Shown here one piece after another: positions 11,929-23,577 of a stretch of DNA of 64,000 nucleotides. Below the pieces are notes generated by a model. The model saw only the letters and a program-made list of their open reading frames with translations, was not told the DNA's origin and made no database searches. The position numbers and the translations under genes were made by a program. The DNA is from Octopus bimaculoides (lineage: Eukaryota). How positions within the stretch are numbered: position 1 is the stretch's first letter; every line of letters starts with the position of its first letter. The DNA lies in the NCBI RefSeq assembly GCF_001194135.2, contig NC_068987.1, positions 93,880,784 to 93,944,783 on the forward strand, written 5' to 3'.

Positions 11929-12960
11929 TCACAAGTGGCTTCCCTCCCTTCCAAAAAAGCGGAAAAGGATTCTTTCCAACTTGTTCATCCACAAATTTGG
12001 GCACGGCACCACGGTCAGATAGTAGGTGATAACCGATGCTATAAACATTTGCACCGGGATAGCACACGTTTGCGCTTCCCCGACAAGTTTGTCCACGACC
12101 CACGCCAACCTTTTCTCTAGCACCTTGACCAAAATCTTTAACTCTGTGTTCAGCAGAGTTATGGGCCTGAAGTTCCCTATTTCGTCCCCCTTGCTCGGGT
12201 CCTTCCTAATCAACGTCACCACCCACCGCCTCGCAGACTTGGCAATTCTCCCATCCTGCTGCCAATTGGCATAGACGCTGGCCAGCAGGCGCACGAACAG
12301 GTCTGGCATACTGTTGTAGAATTGGTAAGGCAGACGATCAAGACCCGGCGACTTCTCCCCAGGGCATTCACCTAGTACCTCGATCACCTCCTCGGTCGTG
12401 ATCGGCCCCTCACAGCATTCCTCCTCTCGGGCCGAGAGACGCGGACCACCAGACAAGAAGTCCCTAAGGGCCTCGCCATGATACAGCGCCCCACCACTCC
12501 TGAACAACTCGGCAACGTGCTTGTGAAGCGCCTTGCACATCTCGTCCCGTCCATCGACCGAACACATATTATCATCGACAAGAGACCTAATTGTGGCATC
12601 ATTGCCACGCTGGGTTTCTACCGTAAGGGCCCATCCGGCAACATTAATTCCCTCACGGCCCAATGCGCGCACTTTAGCCCAAACTCTGCACCCCTCCTGT
12701 TTGGCTTTGAGGTGACGGTCCATGGCCGGTCTCGCTGCCAAAATGTGAGATGCAGAGCCCAACCTCAACGCCTCCTCTAGGTCCTTAACTAGTTGCCCTT
12801 CTAGTCTAGCCTTATCTAATCTTAGCTGACGGCCAAACCTAATAGACTCAAAACGAATGGCTCTCTTAAGAGCGAGCCACCATCGGTTGTTAACCACACC
12901 ACCGGTTAACGCCCTCTGTACTAACCCCTTAATCCGGCTGCGGTATGCCTCGCAAGTCAA
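11929..12960 (-). pseudogene. LINE ORF2 reverse transcriptase N-terminal part fused to post-RT region
   Basis: KSPGLDRLPYQFY...NFRPITLLNTELKILVKVLEKRL...QTCAIP runs directly into VQMFIASVITYYLTVVPCP. No KAFD, QG or YADD motifs are present. Confidence 0.9.
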
Positions 12961-13078
12961 AATCCTCTCTTAACTATACTATCAACGTCCAGTGTACACT
13001 TGACCATTCTATGGTCAGTGTAAGCTACTTGAACGAGCTCTGGACAGCTAAAACTAGGCTTATCTCGAATGCTTATCA

Positions 13079-13684
13079 CTATTCTAAGTAAGATTTGAAC
13101 CTTCCGTCGCCACTCATCCAGGTCCACGCTTGGACGTTCGGATGGGCAAGTCTGTAACGATCTGCCAGCTGAAAAGGCTTAAGCAGATCTACGAGACGTG
13201 AATTTACTTTCCTATGGATCGAGTCAAAGCTATCGATGCGCGCATCAACGATAGCATTATAGTCTCCTAACACCACTAATGTTTTCGACGTCACGAGAAA
13301 GTTCTCTAGGCGCCGATAAAAATCAGTTTGAAATCCTCTAGCACAAGGTGCATAGATCCCGATCAACCTGAAGGCCTTACTGTTGTATGTCACATCAAAG
13401 ACGACGAACCCACCTTCTGGGTCTACATAGACTTTACTTGTCTGCAGAGCCAAGCCTTTTCGAACCAGTACTACTACACCCCAACGCCCTCCGGTCCAGC
13501 TAGAAGACATGATTTTCTCGTAGTCATTCAGGAGAAGCGAGAAGGCTTGTAGACTGTCCAGCTTGGTCTCTGTAGCAACCATCACATGCATGTCGTGTGA
13601 TCTGAGGTCGTCGAGGAAACAAGCTTGCTTCCACTTCGAGCTAAGACCACGCACATTCAAACACCCAAGGTTAAGTGTAGTCAT
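13079..13684 (-). pseudogene. LINE ORF2 apurinic-like endonuclease domain
   Basis: MTTLNLGCLNVRGL...ATETKL...IGIYAP...VLGDYNAI...WTW...SYL, with a frameshifted AYTDH downstream. These are the standard APE/EEP motifs of L1/Tx1 ORF2. Confidence 0.92.
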
Positions 13685-13713
13685 TCAAAACAAAAGAAAA
13701 GCAAGGGTTCTAC

Positions 13714-14302
13714 TTACTCTTTGACTTTTCCTTTTGTTGGTGATGTTGGGGCTGACCTCACCACGTGTGAGGCAGCCCTTTCCTCCTGCTCCTTCAAAAA
13801 CTCCTTCAAATACCGCGGAAGGTCCGGAATGCTCTTGATGGTTTTCGGATGCCTGTCGTTCATTTCCATGAACAGTTGTTCGCTTATCCACGCACAACTC
13901 TCTTCCGTGCCTTCCGGCTGCTGCAACAGCACTGAGTACTTTTGGGCTTTTTCGGCCGTCTCAAATCTAGCATCTATTGTTCCATATGCCCGACCCCTCA
14001 CTATGTACTTTTTGTCTTTGCATATAGGGGCCAAGCATTTTTTCTATTTCGTACGTTTCGAAGTGCTTGAATTTTTTCGATGTAGGACAGCACGTTTTGT
14101 AAACGACTATCCTTCTCTTCATATTGTCAATACTAGAGGAGGGTGAGATCTTTATATCCCCACCTTCCTCTTTCATTCTTTCAAAAAGCTCGGAGAGCTT
14201 CTCCGTTTCTAACATCACGTTTTCACGTGATACAGCGGCTACTGCCGAAAACTTTTTTGCTGGCTCATCCAGCGGTTTTGCTTGAATTATTTCGAGCGCC
14301 AT
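13714..14302 (-). pseudogene. LINE ORF1 remnant (frameshifted)
   Basis: Two overlapping ORFs (13967-14302 and 13714-14034) directly upstream of the ORF2 ATG, with the stop about 30 nt before it. Assigned by position. Confidence 0.7.
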
Positions 14303-14356
14303 ACTCGGTCGAAATCAATTCTTACACACAAAAATGTTCAATTCTTTTCCCTAAAA

Positions 14357-14880
14357 ACGGGAAACCTGTTTTATCGTCTAAAAGAGGATACCAGTTCAAA
14401 TCCTACTCCTCGTTGGGGGTGGGGTGTGTAGAAGTAGTAAAGCCTGTAATGCGCTCACTTTTTCTAAAACGGGAAACCTATAATCTGTTTTTCTTTTCTC
14501 CCTCTTAATGGGGCAATAGTTCAAATTCAGCGGCTTAAGTTCAATTTCCCACACAATACAGAACACATAAAAGACGGGAAACCTATATTTTTTTGTTTTT
14601 TCCTCTTAAAGAGGATACCAGTTCAAATCCTACCACAAGCTTATTTTTTGAAAACGGGAAACCTATAATCTGTTTTTTCCCCCCTCCTCTTAATGACGAA
14701 TATAGTTCAAATAATAAGCCTACAACGGCTGAAGTTCGATTTCCCCCACAGCACAGAACTCATTAAAGACGGAAAACCTATATTGTGTTACTTCCTCTTA
14801 ACGAGGATACCAGTTCAAAAACAAATAACAGTTCAGATGCCACCCCCGCTGGGGGGGGGGGGGCGCAACGATAAGCCTAC
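14357..14880. repeat. Tandem monomer array in the Tx1 5' UTR
   Basis: acgg(g/a)aaacct starts at 14357, 14469, 14574, 14654 and 14769, each followed by a (cct)ctt/cta-aa...agttcaaa block. Units alternate A-B-A-B-A. Confidence 0.85.
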
Positions 14881-15108
14881 AACGGCTTTAAAATGTTCAA
14901 TATTTAGCATACAATGATTCCAAAATGGCTTTACCCAGACAATTCCTTTCTCCCGTCACTGGGGAAAGGCACAAATAATGTCAACATTTCAACAATTTAA
15001 CAATTTTGGACAATTCGAAAATGTTTGACACGTTAGCAATAATTTCAACAACAATCCAATTTTGAACAAAACGTTCCACTCACCAAAAACACGTCCGACA
15101 ACGACAGA

Positions 15109-15150
15109 GGGAGGCAAGCTGTTTACCACACAGCCACTCCAGTGCCTATA
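15109..15150 (-). mobile_element. Displaced 5' head of the family A SINE at 10105-10763
   Basis: gggaggcaagctgtttaccacacagccactccagtgcctata matches the head in the uninterrupted copy at 25038-25067 (gggaagcaagctacttacaaagccactcc). Confidence 0.85.
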
Positions 15151-15382
15151 TTTGTATAATTAGTTAATTTCTCTGGTGATCTACTGAAAGCTATTTGCTC
15201 ATTTTGGTGAAATGTATTTTGAGATGCATTCTATTGTGTTTGTCGATATTTATTGTTTGGTGGGATGGATTCATCGGCGAGAATTCTGTCATATAAGTGT
15301 TTTTGTAGATGGGAGTACATGTGTTTCCATGAGTTTATATATCTGTATATCAACTCGAAGGTTTGTATATTTATTTACTTGT

Positions 15383-15632
15383 GGAGGCTGATTGTTAAGT
15401 GGTTCGGGTGTGGCACTAAAGATTCTAAAATCATAGTTTCAGGTCCTGGACCAGTTGAGTCATTGTGTTCTTGAGCAAAGCATTCCATTGTACCCCGCTT
15501 CTGTCCATTTGACACGCCAAAATGAGTTAATCCGACGAGGGACCGGTGTCTCGTCTCCTTAGGTGGAACATAAACACCACAGAATCCAAAAAAGTAGCGG
15601 GCTTACGAGCCCTTGTCTCGGGAAGGACCTCT
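15383..15632 (+). mobile_element. Degenerate tRNA-derived SINE (CORE-like)
   Basis: Decayed A/B boxes followed by ttgtgttcttgagcaaagcat...ccattt...gccaaaatgagt, similar to the family B/C central domain. Confidence 0.55.
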
Positions 15633-16049
15633 GATTCTATTCGTTTTCATTTGCATACATATAGACTTATATATTTGTGTATCTATGCTTATACACATAT
15701 TAAGTGGGGTATGTGTGCATATGTACGCTTATATAGATCGATGTGTGCGTGAGACCATATAGTTTTGAAGATTTCTGGGAGGAGAAGTCAATCTTAAGAA
15801 TTCATCCAAAGCATGTATTAAGAGATCTTGCTGTTTTCTGTCTTTCATTCGCCACACTTCATTTCCAGTTCCTAAATATGGAGGTAAAAGTACGAAACAT
15901 CGAAGCATCATCGAAGCATCATCTTATAACAGTAATTACAGCAGGATGCACATGACTGATTGCAGTTGGACTCAAACTTGGCTCTTTGAATCAATTTTCA
16001 CTTTCGGTTTGGCGGCCTATTCGATTAAATATATAAACACATACACAGA

Positions 16050-16091
<42 letters not shown>

Positions 16092-16958
16092 TGCACGCAC
16101 GCACGCACACTATACAAATATATATAATTTTGTTCCACGCACCTTAGCATCTAATTTGAAGACTTTATGGAGAGATATGAACAGATACGCATGCAAGATA
16201 TAAAACATGACATCAACATGCATACAAAGTCACTAACTTCTAGACGCTCTTCAGTACAAAAACAAAACACATACACACACAGGCCTTACCACCACCACCA
16301 CCACTACTATTACCATCACCATCATCATCACCATTACTATTATCATCACCATCAACTCCGACACCATCACCATCATCACCACCATCGGCTCTTTTAACCA
16401 ACAAAAAGCTTTAACAACCCGCCCAACTTACAGCTGTCTCTTAGGAAACAGCATCTCACTCGTTGCCAGAGATTGGAGGGTTCGCTCTAATTCCCATCGG
16501 CAGCGGGGGTTGGGCGGACACACAGAGAGTCCCCTTCTTGCCTCCTCCTCCTCCTCATACAACATGATAATATCTTACAATGTCATGGCTATACACATAT
16601 ATATTTATCTGTCATCAATGTTTCACTATACAACTGCTTATCATTTATCTCCATGACATATGCATTATATGCCTCTACATGCACGCGAGTGCGTGTGAGT
16701 GTGTGTGTGAGTGTTTGTATATGTGTGTGTGTGTGTATAATGAGAGAAAAGTGTGTGTCTGTATGTATTTATGTAGACATGCATAAAAACAGCAGAGTGG
16801 GGTTGAAGGTGGAGCGCGGCTTAAACTGTGACGACTCAAACAAACAAAGAAAAATATCTCCTTTCGTATGACAGGACGTAGTATACGTTCACATACAAGG
16901 AGTGCGTGTGTATGTGTGGCTTATCTTAATGTATATGTTCATATGCGCTTGTTAGTGT

Positions 16959-16995
<37 letters not shown>

Positions 16996-17373
16996 AGCTT
17001 AAATAGACATCCTTATATGCAAAACTGTACATGATTGTGTGTGTGTGCGTATATTTTGTGACTGAGTTGGTTAATGTGTATATATGTATCTCTGCAATTA
17101 TAAACACCTACGTTGCGGAGTGCGCTCATGTGTATGTATGTGTGCCTGTAGATGTGTGTATGTGTGGTTGTGCTAAGTTTATATGTCAATGAATAAATAT
17201 TTTGCGAGTTTATTTGATCCTAGCATATATGGATGTATATATGGGTGTATATGTAGATAAATATAAACATAGGAAATGTTGTTTAAAGTCCATTTCAATG
17301 TGTTAAATGTGACTGCGCCAATGTGTGCACTTATATGTCGATGTTGTGCTTTTCTCTGCGTGCAGCATATTCT

Positions 17374-17424
<51 letters not shown>

Positions 17425-17836
17425 ATTATAAAATCTACGAACCTTGTGGAATACAGCTACTCATGATGTCTTGGTCGAAATATTAATTCATGTCGCTATG
17501 TATCAAGTTATTAAAGGCAACCAGACGGCTTGTTAACTGAGTTTGGTGCAGTTGACGTTTGAAAAAAAATGTGCGTTTAGAAAAAGATAGAGAGAAAAAC
17601 ACGGGATAGATAATCAACACCACAGCAAACATAGCTAATGTCTTACGGATATCAAAATTACATGGGCCAGAGTGGAATGGTTTATGATGTGCCCGGTGTT
17701 CTATCTTTACTTGTCGCTAAGAAGCATTTTTCAAAATGCAGACATAAAGAAAAGAGCGCGTTCCTGGAATTTGCAGTCACAGTTTTCGAGGGGAAGTATC
17801 AGACATTTTATTGACCCGATAATATAGAGTTAGGTC

Positions 17837-17990
17837 CATCATTTACATTATTTATATTTGACAGATTTTTGTCCTCATCTTGTTTGTTGTTACCATAACG
17901 TATCGGCTGGGTATATCAGCCGAAACGTGGTGTTAACAACAAACAAGATGTGGACAAATATCCGTCAAATGTAAATAATGTAAATAATGT
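17837..17990. repeat. Long imperfect palindrome (~72-bp arms), probable Penelope-like inverted pLTR remnant
   Basis: catttacattatttatatttgacagatttttgtcctcatcttgtttgttgttacc...cggctg | ggtatat | cagccgaaacg...aacaacaaacaagatgtggacaaatatccgtcaaatgtaaataatg. Confidence 0.8.
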
Positions 17991-18053
17991 ACATCATTCC
18001 TCATCTCTTAAATATACAACTGTATAGATTTGGGTCTTAGAAAAGTTCTTAGT

Positions 18054-18105
18054 CTGATGACGCTCGAAATGTGGAGCAGATAAACACCTGACAACCGGTG
18101 AAGTC
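18054..18105 (+). ncRNA. Degenerate hammerhead-like motif
   Basis: CUGAUGA c GCUC-gaaaugug-GAGC a GAUAAA CACC-ugacaacc-GGUG. Stems II and III pair, but the GAAA strand has an insertion and U16.1 and stem I are lost. Confidence 0.4.
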
Positions 18106-18360
18106 TCTTTTTTATGTTACTTTTCTTGTTTCCCATTTATTTCTCTCGTTGTTCGCATACAAAAGTTTGTCTTCGTATTTCATGGTGTTTTCGTATTTCG
18201 TATTTCATGTTGTTTACCTTTTGTGATATCCTGTGCCCATATATGCATATATATACATATATATGTATGTACATATATGTATGTATATATACCTATATAT
18301 ATATTATTTATATTATATTATATTATATTATATATATATATCTATCTATCTATCTATCTA

Positions 18361-18394
<34 letters not shown>

Positions 18395-18435
18395 CACATA
18401 CATGTATACATNNNNNNNNNNTATATATATATATG

Positions 18436-18466
<31 letters not shown>

Positions 18467-18786
18467 ATATCCAATAGTATGAAGGTGTTTCATGTACAAG
18501 GGTACCAAGGTTCGTTCGTGGGTAACGTACCTGTGCACTTAAAGTGTGTACAGACACTCATGCATTTAATAAATTAAATACAGATTTGTTATTTACGTTA
18601 CGCATTCACAAATATAGTCCAAATACACAGGGTGTTATACGTCAAGGTACACAGGTGTATACTCCGGCAAGCAGTCCACGCTCCATTGCAGACTCAACAC
18701 CTAAAGCAGAGAAGGTTCCAAGTGTGGTATAGGATATAGAACCTCAGCACGTCTGTGTTATTATGCACACGCCACACACACACATG

Positions 18787-18818
<32 letters not shown>

Positions 18819-18824
18819 AACACA

Positions 18825-18868
<44 letters not shown>

Positions 18869-19103
18869 TGAGTGGACAAACGAAATTAGCGCATTCAACC
18901 AAGTTATTGAGAGTTACATGTATGGATCAAAACAGTTTGATTCAAATTCGTTGATACTCCAAGTTTCACGCGTGATGCCACTCGTTAGCCATTTTGAATT
19001 ATACATACATGAATATATACATATATATTCGCGTATGTCTGGTATATACGTACACAGATGAAAAAAATAGATGTTTTGCGATATTTAGAATTCAATAAGT
19101 TGG

Positions 19104-19147
<44 letters not shown>

Positions 19148-19679
19148 NNNNNNNNNNNNNNNNNNNNNNNNNNNNNNNNNNNNNNNNNNNNNNNNNNNNN
19201 NNNNNNNNNNNNNNNNNNNNNNNNNNNNNNNNNNNNNNNNNNNNNNNNNNNNNNNNNNNNNNNNNNNNNNNNNNNNNNNNNNNNNNNNNNNNNNNNNNNN
19301 NNNNNNNNNNNNNNNNNNNNNNNNNNNNNNNNNNNNNNNNNNNNNNNNNNNNNNNNNNNNNNNNNNNNNNNNNNNNNNNNNNNNNNNNNNNNNNNNNNNN
19401 NNNNNNNNNNNNNNNNNNNNNNNNNNNNNNNNNNNNNNNNNNNNNNNNNNNNNNNNNNNNNNNNNNNNNNNNNNNNNNNNNNNNNNNNNNNNNNNNNNNN
19501 NNNNNNNNNNNNNNNNNNNNNNNNNNNNNNNNNNNNNNNNNNNNNNNNNNNNNNNNNNNNNNNNNNNNNNNNNNNNNNNNNNNNNNNNNNNNNNNNNNNN
19601 NNNNNNNNNNNNNNNNNNNNNNNNNNNNNNNNNNNNNNNNNNNNNNNNNNNNNNNNNNNNNNNNNNNNNNNNNGAATTT

Positions 19680-19710
19680 CGATGACGGAAGTGTGTGTAG
19701 AAGACTGTCG

Positions 19711-19748
<38 letters not shown>

Positions 19749-19970
19749 TGTGTTTGTCGGAGTATGTCACCTTCTCCACTGTTTCACAACCGGTACTCGT
19801 TTGTTTACGTCCTCGCAAGGTGGCGGTTTAGCATAACAGACTGATGGAATAAGTATTAGATTTGCAAAGAATATAGAAGTACTGCGCTCGATTCTTTCGT
19901 CTAGAAATTCTTGAAGACGGTGCTCCAGTATGGTCGCAATTCAATTACTGAAACAAGTAAAAGACGAAAT
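19680..19970 (+). mobile_element. Family A SINE, middle and 3' part with internal (TG)n
   Basis: caaccggtactcgtttgtttacgtcc...gacggtgctccagtatggtcgcaattcaattactgaaacaagtaaaag matches the reverse complement of 10105-10290. Confidence 0.75.
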
Positions 19971-20120
19971 ACATCGTAATTGCAAAACAATGGCATCGTT
20001 GCTTCAATCTTTCAAATAAACCGACAAACTTCAGAGCGGCTGCGGTGCCAATTTTTCACTCAGACCCGAAGAATCACCTAAAGACTTTCTTATAAAAAGC
20101 ATCTGGTTTCTGCTTTCTAG

Positions 20121-20250
20121 CACCCTCTCTTAATATATTTATTATACACCCTCTCCTAATATGTTTATTATACACCCTCTGCTAATTTATTTATTATACA
20201 CCCTTTCCTAATATACTTATTATACACCTTTTCCTGGTATTTTTATTATA
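20121..20250. repeat. 26-bp minisatellite, 5 units
   Basis: Unit caccctctcctaatatatttattata starts at 20121, 20147, 20173, 20199 and 20225. Confidence 0.9.
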
Positions 20251-20344
20251 CATCAGCGCTAGATATATCCATACATGCATTCATATATATGAACGAGCCT
20301 GTAGGCGCGAAAAAAAAAAGAAACCGCGTTAAGCTGCGTTGTTT

Positions 20345-20648
20345 TCTGGTTAGGGTATGTAATTCACGACCGTAAAGTTGTGGTTAAATTCCCGGCGACG
20401 CATTTTGTTCATGAGCAAAACACTTATTTCATGTTGTTCCAGTCCACTCAGCTGGCCAAAATGTGTAATACCTGTAATTGAAAAGGTCCAGCCTCGTCAC
20501 ACTCTGACACACTGAATCTCCCTTAGAACTACGTTAACTTAACGCGGGTCTGTGGAGTGCTCAGCCACTTGTGCATTAATTACATCAGCAAGCTCTTCTG
20601 CTGATTGGATCAGCTTGAACGCTCATCGCCGTAACCGACGGAGTGCCA
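20345..20648 (+). mobile_element. Family B SINE
   Basis: gagcaaaacacttatttcatgttgttccagtccactcagctggccaaaatg...ctgtggagtgctcagccacttg...cgtaaccgacggagtgcca. Confidence 0.85.
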
Positions 20649-21447
20649 GTTTTAGTTTATACTCAGCGGTATGCAAAATTATTCCAGCCATTAGAGCTAA
20701 TTGTTAATTTGATTTAAGCTACCTCTAAGTTCACTTCGTGGGAAAAGGTAAGGTCTCAATATTTGTCATCTGTGGGCGATTAATGAAGAGTATATCGTAT
20801 CAAGACAATTTGTAGTTTTGTACGTCTGTAGAGAATAACAAGGCGTGTTCACATTTGTTTTAAAATGCCAGAGAGAGATATACAGAAACTGTAGTTGAAC
20901 TACTATAAATTTATCTTGGGTTTTCGAAGACACGCCGCGTTATTTCTAAATATTCTTCTGTTGTTTGACTACGTCAACAACAAACCCACGGTTAGCAATA
21001 TACGTATATATATATATATATATATNNNNNNNNNNNNNNNNNNNNNNNNNNNNNNNNNNNNNNNNNNNNNNNNNNNNNNNNNNNNNNNNNNNNNNNNNNN
21101 NNNNNNNNNNNNNNNNNNNNNNNNNNNNNNNNNNNNNNNNNNNNNNNNNNNNNNNNNNNNNNNNNNNNNNNNNNNNNNNNNNNNNNNNNNNNNNNNNNNN
21201 NNNNNNNNNNNNNNNNNNNNNNNNNNNNNNNNNNNNNNNNNNNNNNNNNNNNNNNNNNNNNNNNNNNNNNNNNNNNNNNNNNNNNNNNNNNNNNNNNNNN
21301 NNNNNNNNNNNNNNNNNNNNNNNNNNNNNNNNNNNNNNNNNNNNNNNNNNNNNNNNNNNNNNNNNNNNNNNNNNNNNNNNNNNNNNNNNNNNNNNNNNNN
21401 NNNNNNNNNNNNTATATATATATATAATAAATTAAAGTTGTGGAATA

Positions 21448-21487
<40 letters not shown>

Positions 21488-22514
21488 GTCCATGTATGTT
21501 TATATATGTGTGTGCGTACATACATACATACATACTACATACTACATACGTACATACATACATATATACTACATACATACAAACTACACATACTACATAC
21601 ATGCATATATACATACTATATGCATACATACATACATACATACATACTACATGCATACATAAGTACTACATACATACATGCATACATACATATTTACAGT
21701 CAGTTCAATACAATAAAGAATTTTGCAAACCTGAAATACGTTCAGCAAATAATGAACCAATTGTCGCCAGAAACCTCAGAATGTAGCAACCACGATGAAG
21801 ATGTTTGGAATGGCTCGTGTCAACATAATTCGAGTTCCCTCACAGTTCTTCCATTACACAAGAGAGAAGCAGAAATAAGCAAAAGAAACCAGTCATCTGC
21901 TTTCTGTGAGTATCACTATAATTTATGTTTTAATGACTGTGTTGTGGTTTTACTTCCCCCGACAACTTATTGAAGGTGTTAGCAACAAAGTCTTTAGGAA
22001 TATTCTCAAATTAATTCCGAATTGAAACCGCATCACTGCTTCAACTCAATGGATGTCGGTGATTGGAGGTGGTGGTGGTGGTGGTGGTGGTGGTGGTGGT
22101 GGTGGTTTGTGATGCTGTTGTCCTTGTTGTTTGTGTATGATGGGTGTTGGCAGCCTCGGTGAACATCGACAAATCTTTGTCTACACCAGTCGCCATTGCC
22201 ATTCAGAGATACTATTACCTACATTATGAACATATTTATTAGTTTATGGCTTTAACAATACAATCTCTGATCCTTCTGCCCTCCCAGCTACGTTACATTA
22301 GGTTCAGCCAATCCTTTCGCACATTGGCCTAAACGAAACGCTGAAATTAATGTCGTAGCACGAAGAATGATTGCAATATATGAAAAATTAGCAAACACTT
22401 CATATTTTATTGAAAGGAATAAATGAAAGCAAATTGAATATGCAAGCCAAGACAACAATGGAACAATACAATAGAGCATACAGAACAAAGTAACTCTTGC
22501 ATAGATGTATATAC

Positions 22515-22532
22515 GCATATATATATATATAT

Positions 22533-22607
<75 letters not shown>

Positions 22608-22736
22608 GTACTCACGCATACGAACACAAACCAATAAACGGATCTTCAATCTTGAGCCTCATTGTGTTCTTTGGCTGTGCGGCGTATTGTAGTTTTGCGT
22701 CTGCACTATCCTTGAGGCAAAAGATAAACCTACTAT

Positions 22737-22778
<42 letters not shown>

Positions 22779-22930
22779 CACTACCACCACCACCACCACC
22801 ACCACCACTACCGACATCACCACCACCACCACCACAATCACCACCACCAACACCACCACCACCACCACCACCACAATCACCACCACCACCACCACCACAA
22901 CTACCACCACAATCACCACCACCGCCACAA
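22515..22930. repeat. (GT)n followed by (CTA)n/(CCA)n microsatellites
   Basis: Directly visible. Confidence 0.95.
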
Positions 22931-23577
22931 CCAGAATCATCATGATATGTTGCCGCGGACGTAAGGTCATCCTTTTATTCAAGATTATTGTTGCTGCACC
23001 AAGATTCACAGACTGCAAAATATTCAGTCAATCGGTTTCAATAAATAACGTTTCGTGTTGTAATGTTCCCAGTTCTGAGTTCATATTTCACGAAGATCCA
23101 TTTTTCTCTTCTACTATTCCGTGGTAAATAAAACAGAGCTTTCCCTGACGAATGCTTGGGACAATATAATAGTTTTCATACGACTCTGTCCCTATGCCTA
23201 AAATATCGAGTTTTATACATTTACTCAACATCCTTAATGTTAGTCTTAAAGCGCCATGAATTGAGACAAAACTGCGAAATGACACTTGCAATATCATCAA
23301 CCGTATAACGATGGCTGGTAATTTTTCTAATAATGGTATAATAATAGCTGGAATATTTGTTAATGAGTGAGTAATTATTTCCTTTTAATTATATATTTAT
23401 CAAAGATAAACAAACGTAAACATAATAAATATTTACGTAAACATTATAATACATAAACGTATTATAACGTAAACATTAAGTATAAAACGTAAACGTTATA
23501 ATAAAAATGACATAGCCATCGAGAAAAGAAGCCGGAGAAAAAAAAAGAATAAGGATTTTGAACGCTTATAACTAAAG

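Larger units (their letters stand above)
10764..15108 (-). mobile_element. Tx1/L1-clade LINE with both ends retained (5' UTR, ORF1, ORF2, 3' UTR), frameshifted and internally deleted
   Basis: ORF1 remnants at 14302-13714, APE endonuclease at 13684-13079, RT N-terminal part at 12960-12055, ORF2 C-terminus to 11022, and 3' UTR ending tttatgaaataaa. Bounded by a 16-bp imperfect direct repeat. Includes an N-gap at 11193-11678. Confidence 0.93.

Noticed and set aside
14357-14880. CRISPR-like repeat-spacer appearance
   Set aside because: The repeats are degenerate, the inter-repeat segments are related to each other, the context is eukaryotic and inside a LINE UTR, and there are no cas genes.
21700-21910. 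Plus-strand open stretch ending tct|gtgagt
   Set aside because: No recognisable protein, a weak acceptor, and the opposite strand to the better exon candidate.
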